A stretch of DNA of 64,000 nt, taken from NCBI RefSeq assembly GCF_006345805.1, contig NC_043006.1, positions 28,148,001 to 28,212,000 of the forward strand. The letters are read 5' to 3'. Every line of letters starts with the position of its first letter. Positions within the stretch are counted from its first letter, which is position 1. A program made the position numbers and the translations under genes. Under the pieces are notes generated by a model. The model was not told where the DNA came from. It searched no databases and was given only the letters and a program-made list of their open reading frames with translations. The stretch comes from Octopus sinensis. Taxonomy: Eukaryota. Below are positions 52,257 through 61,500 of the stretch, piece by piece.

Positions 52257-54590
52257 ACACACACACACACACAAGGTAGACTGAAAAGTTCATAAGTTGA
52301 CTATGAATGAGTGATGCATGCATTAATTTCAACACTTCCTAATAAATGTATTGATTCTTTCCTGGTAAATTGACATCTGACTTTTCAAAGAAGACTTCAA
52401 AAGTAACAAGTTGCGACTTCTCTTGAAAATTGACAAAAGTTGGCATTGTGGTGTTATGAAGGGCCTACAGAAAAAGGATTTAGTCCCCAAGGATAATTAT
52501 TGCTGATATACTTAGAGGATGATGCTCCAGTTTTATCAACAATGCAAAAGTGGGCAGCTGAATTAAGGAGAGAAACAGAGAGTCTTGAAGATGACCCAAG
52601 ACCTGGATGTCCTGCAACTCCTACCACCAATGAAAACATTGATTGTGTTCACCACATGATGATGGATGACAGGCAATTGACAAATCAATGCATAGAAAGA
52701 GTTGAGAATATTCTATACATGATGACTTTTTTTGATCAACAGGAGGAAAGTGTCTTCACCAATGGGATCCATGACGAAAGTTTCTGCTTGGTGAGTACCA
52801 AGTCTTCTGACACCTGATCAAAAGCACATCAGATTGATCATCTCATGGGAAAATCTGACATTGTTTCAGACAGATCCAGTTGATTTCCTTGAATGTCTCC
52901 TAATGCAGGATGAGTGTTGGGTTCATCACTTTGAGCTAGAAACAAAGAGATAATCCATGCAGTGGAAATATCCCTCTTCACCTGCTCCAAAGAAGGCCAA
53001 GGTCATTTCATCTGCAAGGAAGGTGATGGTCTCAGTCTTTTGGGATGCAAAAAACATTGTGCTTATTGAATATCTTCAAAAGGGCCACTTCCTCAATAGA
53101 AAATACTGTACTAACTTGCTGAGGCAGTTATGAAAAGCTGTCAAACCCAAACGATCAGGAAAACTGATAAAGCAAGGTTTGTTTCATAAGGACAATGCTC
53201 CAATACACAAGTCCTTGGTTTCAATGGCTGCTTGCATGACTGTAACTTTGAACTGGTAGATCAGCTTCACTATTCTCCTGTGGACCACAAGCGATGGGGG
53301 TAGGGACTACGTTGAAAAATAAACCTCATTTGGTCACATTCCATGAGAGTATCTTGGTCACCCTATGAACTTTTCAGCTAACTGCTGTGTGTGTGCATGT
53401 GCGTGCACACACACACACACCACTCCACACCACACACACCACTCCACTCCACACCACACCACACCACACCACACATACACACACAAATTTTGGCAAGCAA
53501 ATAAGAAACCTACAGATACTACATCTGCATTGTAACTTTTTGATTTACAACTGTGAATATTTGAACTGTTGATAATATAACTAACTACCTGTGTACCTGT
53601 CTTGAGGAGCTGGATTCACACCAAATCAGAAAATATTACACTAATTAAGAAATTACAACTATAACTTATCAGAGGAACTATGAAATACATAAAACATTTC
53701 CAAAAGTTTAGCTTAACCTTTTTGATACTAACCCAGCTGGGACTGCCCTTGATTCTCTGCTACTAACTTGGTGCTGACTTGACTAATTAAATAATTAATT
53801 CTATGCTAATTATTCTTAGTTTGTTGGAACACTGACACTAAAGTATTGATCAGCTTGGTATATGTTTTCGTATTTTGAGGTCAGGTGGCCAAACTGTACC
53901 ATGATGTGAGCATCGGCAATGCAGTGAATATCATCGTCACAAGACTGGTTCTTCTAACTGATGAACAGGTAGGTTTTTTTTTTGTTAATTATTTAATTAT
54001 TTTGGGCAGAATCATTTGTGCTTCAGACAAAATACTTAGTGGCATTTTTCTGGTTCTTTACATTTTTGAGTTCAAATCTTGCTGAGGCCAACTTTGCCTT
54101 TTATCTTTTCAAGGTCAAATGAAATAAAGTACCAGTCAAGTACTGGAGTTAATGAATTTGACTTGTCTCCTTCCATCAAAATTACTGGTCTTGAGCCAAA
54201 ATTAGGGAGAATTATTTAATTATTTTAATTGGGAGAAAGCTTTTTGAAATTTGTCATCTGGTTTTGGTACAATAGGTATATTTTACTAAAATTACACACA
54301 CTCTTACTTATACCATAAGGAAATACTGAAGATAGGCAATAGGCTTTAATAAAGTTAATTGCAAAGAAAAGGCCACATCACAATGAGAAAATATGTATAA
54401 TGATATACTTGCATGTGTGTGTGTGTATAAATACTTTTTTACATATAAGCACAGGCATGGTTGTGTGGTAAGAAGCTTGGGGTTCAGTTCCACTGCATGG
54501 CACCTTGGGTAAGTGTCCTCTACTATAGCCTCAGGCAGATCAAAACCCTGTGAGTGGATTTGGTAGATGGAAACTGAAAGAAGCCTGTTG

Positions 54591-54621
<31 letters not shown>

Positions 54622-54874
54622 ATGTATATACATATAGGGTGGCGAGCTGGCAGAAACGTTAGCGCGCCGGGCAAAATGCTTAGCGGTATTTCATCTGTTG
54701 TTACGTTCTGAGTTCAAATTCTGTCGAGGTCGACATTACCTTTCATCCTTTCGGGGTCAATAAATAAAGTACCAGTTTTGCACTGGGGTCGATGTAATAA
54801 ACTTAATCCCTTTATCTGCCATTGTTTGTCCCCTCTATGTTTAGCCCCTTGTGGGCAGTAAAAAAATATATATG

Positions 54875-54905
<31 letters not shown>

Positions 54906-57900
54906 GTGTTTTTGTATCTTTGTTTGTCCCCTACCACTGCTTGACAACTAGTGTTAGTGTGTTTATGTCCCTGTAAACTAGCGGTTCAGCAAAAGACACC
55001 AATAGAATAAGTACCAGGCCTAAAAGAAAAAAAAAAATGGGTTAGATACAGTCAACTAAAAATTCCTCAAGGTGGTGCCCCAGCATGGCCACAATCTAAT
55101 GACCGAAAAAAGTAAAAAATAAAAACATACACTAATAAGAACAAAAGAAAATACATTGAATGTACTTAAGTATGCCTGTTAGGGTATTTCTTCCAGGTTT
55201 CTTCAGTCCTAGATTCTTGAGAAATTTGGTAGAAAATGCAATTGGGAATTCCTAGAATCGTATTCTATTTCTCAGGAACAGGCAAAGAAGACTGCTACCT
55301 TTTTTTTATAATCCACAAATTTTCTTAAAATAATAATCATCTCTTCTTTTTGCTTTACCTTTCCACATTTGCTTGGCAGCCAAATCTAAGCATCACTCAC
55401 CATGCTGACCGATCTTTGGGTAGTTTTTGTCGCTGGCAGAAGATGATTAATTCTCCAATCCATTCCAATGTAACTCAGCAGAATAGAGGAATTGCTCATC
55501 ATGATAATGCTGTTCTTTTAACCAGGTTAGTAACTCTGTTTAATTAATTGAATTTTTGTATTAATTTTGTAAATTATTTCTTAAACGGGATGAGAAAAAA
55601 AGAAAAAAAAATCAAACACGACTTGTATTTTGTTTCCTAAGCCATTGCAAAATTTTGCTGAAGACTGCTGTGTCCAAATTTCCTGGATGTTAGCATGAAA
55701 CTCTGGAATGGTAATAATAAGCACTAAGTGCATACACACACACACACATTTGTGGAGGGCTGCACCAAGTTCCAATCTGATTTGGCATGGTTTCTACGGC
55801 TAGATGCCCTTCCTACTGCCAACCACTCCAAGAGTATAAAGCGTGCTTTTTATGTGCCACCAGCATGGGTGCCAGTTGTGACATTGGCATCAGCCACAAC
55901 TGTGATTTCACTTGGCTAGACAGGTCTTCTCAAGTACAGCATAATGCCAAAGGTCTTGATCACTTATCATTATCTCCATGAGGCCCCATGTTTGAAGGGT
56001 GCTTTCTATGTGTCACTGGCATGGGTGGCAGGTACATGACACCAGCATTGCCATGACTACAATTTCACTTGGCTTCATGGGTCTTCTCAAGCATGGTATA
56101 TCGCCAAAGGTCTCAGTCACTTGTCATTGCCTCCATGAGACCCAACATTCAAAGATCATGTTTCGCCCCCTTGTCCCATATCTTCTTGGGTCTACCCCTT
56201 TCTCCCTTGGGTTTAAGAGAAAATAAATAAAAAAAAAGTAAGTTTCTGCTAGAACTTTTCTTTTGTGTGTGTGATTGTGTGTATGTGTGTATGTGTGTGT
56301 GTATGTGCATGTATGTTTATGTCTCCTTGTCTTGACATCATGTGATAGTTGTAAATAAGTGTCACTGATATACAAGGCATGTCATTCATTTCCAATATTC
56401 TGCGAAAACATGTCTTGTTATGGAGAAATATTTTACTTGGGAGCAGGTGAAAGTTCACAACAAGAAGGACTTTTGGTCATTAAAAAGTCTGCCTCAATAA
56501 ATTTCATCTGACCCTTGCATGCATTGAAAACTCGACATGAAATATGATGGTGTGATGCAGTATGTATGTATTATCATTTAGTATTTCTGTGTAGCTATGT
56601 AGCTGCCATGTTAGTGAAAACATTCATTAATCTTTTGTTTTCTTTCAGGTATGACATCTGCACATACAAAAACAAACCATGTGCAACACTAGGTAAGTTG
56701 CATGTATATTCTTTCTTCACCTCTGTCATCATTCTCACCACTACAACCACAACCACATCATCATCATTGTCATCATCATCGTGATCATCACCATTTTCAT
56801 CATTGTCTTTGTCGTTATCATCATCATCTTCGTCATCAAAATCATTTATTCTCCCTCTCTTTTTACAACTACCACCACCTCTATCATCATCATCATCATC
56901 TTCATCATTAGAGTGTTGGATGAAATACGACTGAGACACAACAGACTTGCTGGGATCACGAAAACTGTTTAAATCATACCAAAGTCTTTTTTATGCTTCA
57001 CCTTTACACAATTGATACAGAAATATGTTAGAGTTGAGTCAACTGACCATACCACCTTCTCTAAAACTTAAATGCCTAATGCCTGATTATCCTCAGTTTA
57101 ATAATTCTCTACTATAGATTATGAATATAAAATTTTAACTATAAAATGATAACTATAAAATGACATTACAGATATGATCTATTATATATATATATATATA
57201 TATTGTATTAATGAGGATGATTGACTGATGAATAAATATTCTAAATTAAGTTTAAAAGGCACAGGCATGGCTCTGTGATAAGAAGCTTGTTTTCCAATGA
57301 CATGGTTCTGGGTTCAGTCCCACAACATGGCACTTTGGGCAAGTGTGTTCTACTATAGTTCCTCCTCCTCCTCCTTCCCCTCTTCTGCCCACCCTCCACC
57401 ACCACCGCCACCTCCTTCATCTCCTCCTCCCTACCCTCTTCCACCACCACCACCAAACCCCCTCCCCCTCCTCGCCCTTCTTCTTCTTCTTCATCATTAT
57501 GCAGCCCACGAAATATAATTAAGTGTGGCTGTGTGGTAAGAAGCTAAGAAGCTTGCTTCCCAACCACATGGCTCCAGGTACACTCCCACTGTGTGACACC
57601 TTGGGAAAATGTCTTCTACTATAGCTTTGTGTTGACCAAAGCCTTGTGAGTGGATTTGGTAGATGGAAACTGAAGGAAGCCCGTTGTATATATATGTGTC
57701 TGTGTTTGTCCCCCACACACACTTGACAACTGGTGTTGGTGTGTTCTCCTTTCCATAACTTAGAAGTTTGGCAAAAGAGACCAATAAAATAAGTACCAGG
57801 TTTAAAACAATCAGTACTGGGTTCAATTCATTCAACTAAAATCTCTTCAAGATGGTGCCCCAGCATGGCCACAGCCAAATGATTGAAACAAGGAAAAGAT

Positions 57901-58551
57901 TAACAAAGAATAAAATATAAAAAAAGGATGAAGTGGAGATGAGAAGAAAAAGTAAATGAAATTCAATGATTAATAGAAACAAATTCCTCACATACCAAAA
58001 ATATAAATTTTTAATTGTGTCAGGGGAGAGTCATTTTCTTTTTGTGCCTTATGTAACACACTCACCTGTAAAATTTCCACGTTTTTCTTATTTTTATTGT
58101 CCTAAAATTTTCGTTGCGTCTTGCAACCTTTTCGATAGTTTTGACTATTTCCAAAAACAAAATATAAATTTTTAATGTATGCTTTTACAAATAATTCATG
58201 TTTAGATGTGTTTCTTTTTTTTATTGTTAACAATATTTCTAGACAAAATTTGTTTGTATTTATTCAGGCCTGGCACCAGTTGCAGGAATGTGCGAAGAAG
58301 AAAGAAGCTGCAGTATAAATGAAGATATTGGTCTTGCCTCGGCTTACACCATTGCACATGAAATTGGCCACAAGTAGGTGAATACTCACAAAGAACTGAC
58401 TATCCAGTAACAAACTGTATGTATGTGTGTATGTATGTATGTATGTATGTATGTATGTATGCATGCATGCATGCATGCATGTATGTATGTATGTATGTAA
58501 GTGTATATGTATGTATGTATGTATGTATGTATGCATGTACATGTGTGTGTG

Positions 58552-58590
<39 letters not shown>

Positions 58591-61500
58591 TGTATGACTA
58601 ACCCTAACTATGTATGTATGTAGGTACGTATGTCTGTATGTATGTATGTATGTATGTATGCACATACATATGTACAGATTATATATATATATATGTATAT
58701 GACTGATAGGATGTTAAGTGTTTATATGAATGATGGAATGTGTGTCTATATGATGGTATATAGGTAGACACCCAATATATATATTTTGAAAATTTTACCA
58801 TTTTTCAGTTTCGGGATGCAGCATGATGGTGCTGGCAATTTGTGTGGTACACCAGGACATGAACGAGCTAAGATCATGGCAGCACATCTGACGAAGGAGA
58901 CAACACCATTTCTGTGGTCAAGCTGTAGTCGAGAATATATTACCAACTTTCTTGAGTAAACCTTTCATTGTTACCGTAATTACCTGATTAGTCATCTGTT
59001 TGGGATCACAATCATAATTAGTTGTTTACTTCATTAAGTAGTGTCCCATAATGCATTGATTTTGTGAAGTAAAACAGAAGAATTATTTTCGTGAAATAAT
59101 TTTCAAGGTACAAGTTGAGTAGATATTCTGTCCTCATTTACTTGTGTTCACTTTGTACCAACCCCTTCATCACCACAATATTGATCTCTTTCCAGCCGCT
59201 CACTCTCTCTTCTATAATGTAAGTAGCCCTCTTGCTCCTCTACAGGAACAAATCTGTTCTGGCCCTTTCTCTCATAATTTAACATCTCATCTCCCACCAT
59301 AAAGTTACCTCCTTCTCTTCCACTCAGTTAAAAGGAATTTGGGATCTTTTCGGTTTGAACGGCAGTTTTTTCTAGCGGTGTCATATGAAATTGTCACCCA
59401 TAATTATGACCCTAGTATCGATCTATTGCATTTCAATCTATTTTAGGGTTAAGGTTAGTTAGGGTTAGGGTTAGGGGTGGGGGGGAAGGGTATCTTTTTT
59501 ATTTCACAAATGTAAATAAACCCAATCTGTTTCTTAAACGAGGGACATATTCATACGGCACAGAATGTTGTTTACCTCAATGGATGTCACTGATTGGTTG
59601 AAATTGCAGAAATTGAAGAAAAAACAACAAATATCGTACAAACTATAGAATTTTCTCAATAAAGCCAAGAGAAAAAGATGTTTTATAAACACATTCTACC
59701 AGTATACGAAGTTTAACATTTTTTAGTTACCTAGAAGTTATGTTAAAAACTGCCGTTCAAACCAAAAAGATCCAGAATTTGTCTTGCAATGGAAACTTTA
59801 CTAGTGCTGGTGCCATGAAAAAAGTGCCCAGTCCACTTTGTGTTGGCACAGCTCTCTCTTGCTCCACCAGTTACATGCTTGATGTTCTGCTCATAGGTGG
59901 ATGGTCTAAGTGAATGTCTATGTCTGATCTTGACTACATAGGCATCTAAAAAAAAAAAACCCAGCTGAAGGATGGGAGACATGAATGTAGCTATGTCTGT
60001 TCATGACTACATAGATGATCTTCACTAGTACTTGTGTCACCTATGTAACAAAACAAAAAAATAAAAATCACCCAGTCCACTCTGTTGTTGGCATTAGAAA
60101 GGGAATCCAACCACAGAAGCCATACCAAAGCAGACCTTGGAGCATGTTGGGTCCCCCATATCCTTTAAATCCTTTCAGGATATCCAACTCATGCTAGCAT
60201 GGAAGATGGGTGTAACCCATGTACAATGGATTTGTGCACAGTTTCTGTCTCTCAAAATGCATTCCACCCATAAAACTTTGGTCAACTTGGAGCTATTGTA
60301 GAAGCAAGGTGTCACACAAGTAGCATTCAACCTAGAACTGTATGTTATGAAACAAATTTTGTAACCAAACAGCCAAGCTGGTGCCCTTCTATGTCAGGGT
60401 GGCCCTAATAGAAAACAAATACCTCTGACATATTGTATTTTGTTTCATTGAAGCAATTGCTTGTACATAAATTGTACATTACAATTCAGTGTTTATCTAT
60501 AAACATTGAATTGCAATGAAGTAGGAGTAGAAAATACTTTTTCACTCAGCTAGATTAGAACAAGCGAAGTTATGTACCTTGATATGGTGAGGAAAAGACA
60601 ACAGCAACTCACTGGTTAACGTTTGATTTAAAATACTTAGGAATTTCTGAATTATATCCCAAACTAATGAAATTTGGAAGACTCAGTATTGTTTATGGTA
60701 ACCTGATTAGGATTGCTGTTTAACCCCAGGTCTGTCTCGATCAGGCAGAGCTATAATCAAAAACAATCCAGCTATGACCATCTTGTTATTTTGTAGATTA
60801 GAACTACACTATCAAATATGTCCTTCACTTTTTTTAAATGGTAGGTTATGATTTGAAGAAATTTGACTGCTATTTCAAGCAAGTAAACTTTCATGAAACT
60901 TTCTCATTAGCCTGTCCTGTTCAGTGATGTTGCAGTTGAAGACTCATATTTACTTATAAATGTGTAACTATGTTTAAACGTGTATAACCTTATTTTTATA
61001 TGAGTAGCTTTGTTTATATTTGTGTAGCTTTGTATAAATAGGTATAGCTTCATATCATCATGACATTCCATCGGTTATGAAGACGAGAGTTCCAGTTGAT
61101 CCGATCTATGGAACCGCCTGCTCGGGAAATTAACATGTAAGTGGCTGAGCACTCCACAGACACATGTACCCTTAACGTAGTTCTCGGAGAGATTCAGCAT
61201 GACACAGTGTGTGACAAGGCTGGCCCTTTGAAATACAGGTAGAACAGAAAAAGGACGAAAGAGTAAGAGAAAGTTGTGGTGAAAGAGCACAGCAGGGTTC
61301 GCCACCACCCTCTGCCAGAACCTTGTGGAACTTTAGATGTTTTCGCTCAATAAACACTCACAACACCCTGTCTGGGAATCGAAACTGCGATCCTATGACA
61401 GTGAGTCTGCTGCCCTAACCACTGGGGCATTGCACCTCCACATAGCTTCATATATACATGAGTAACTAGGAGTTTTCTCTATCTTACTAGGTATATATCA

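Noticed and set aside
59441-59480. TTAGGG repeats as an interstitial telomere
   Set aside because: Short, degenerate and internal to a TIR element that also occurs at 27345.
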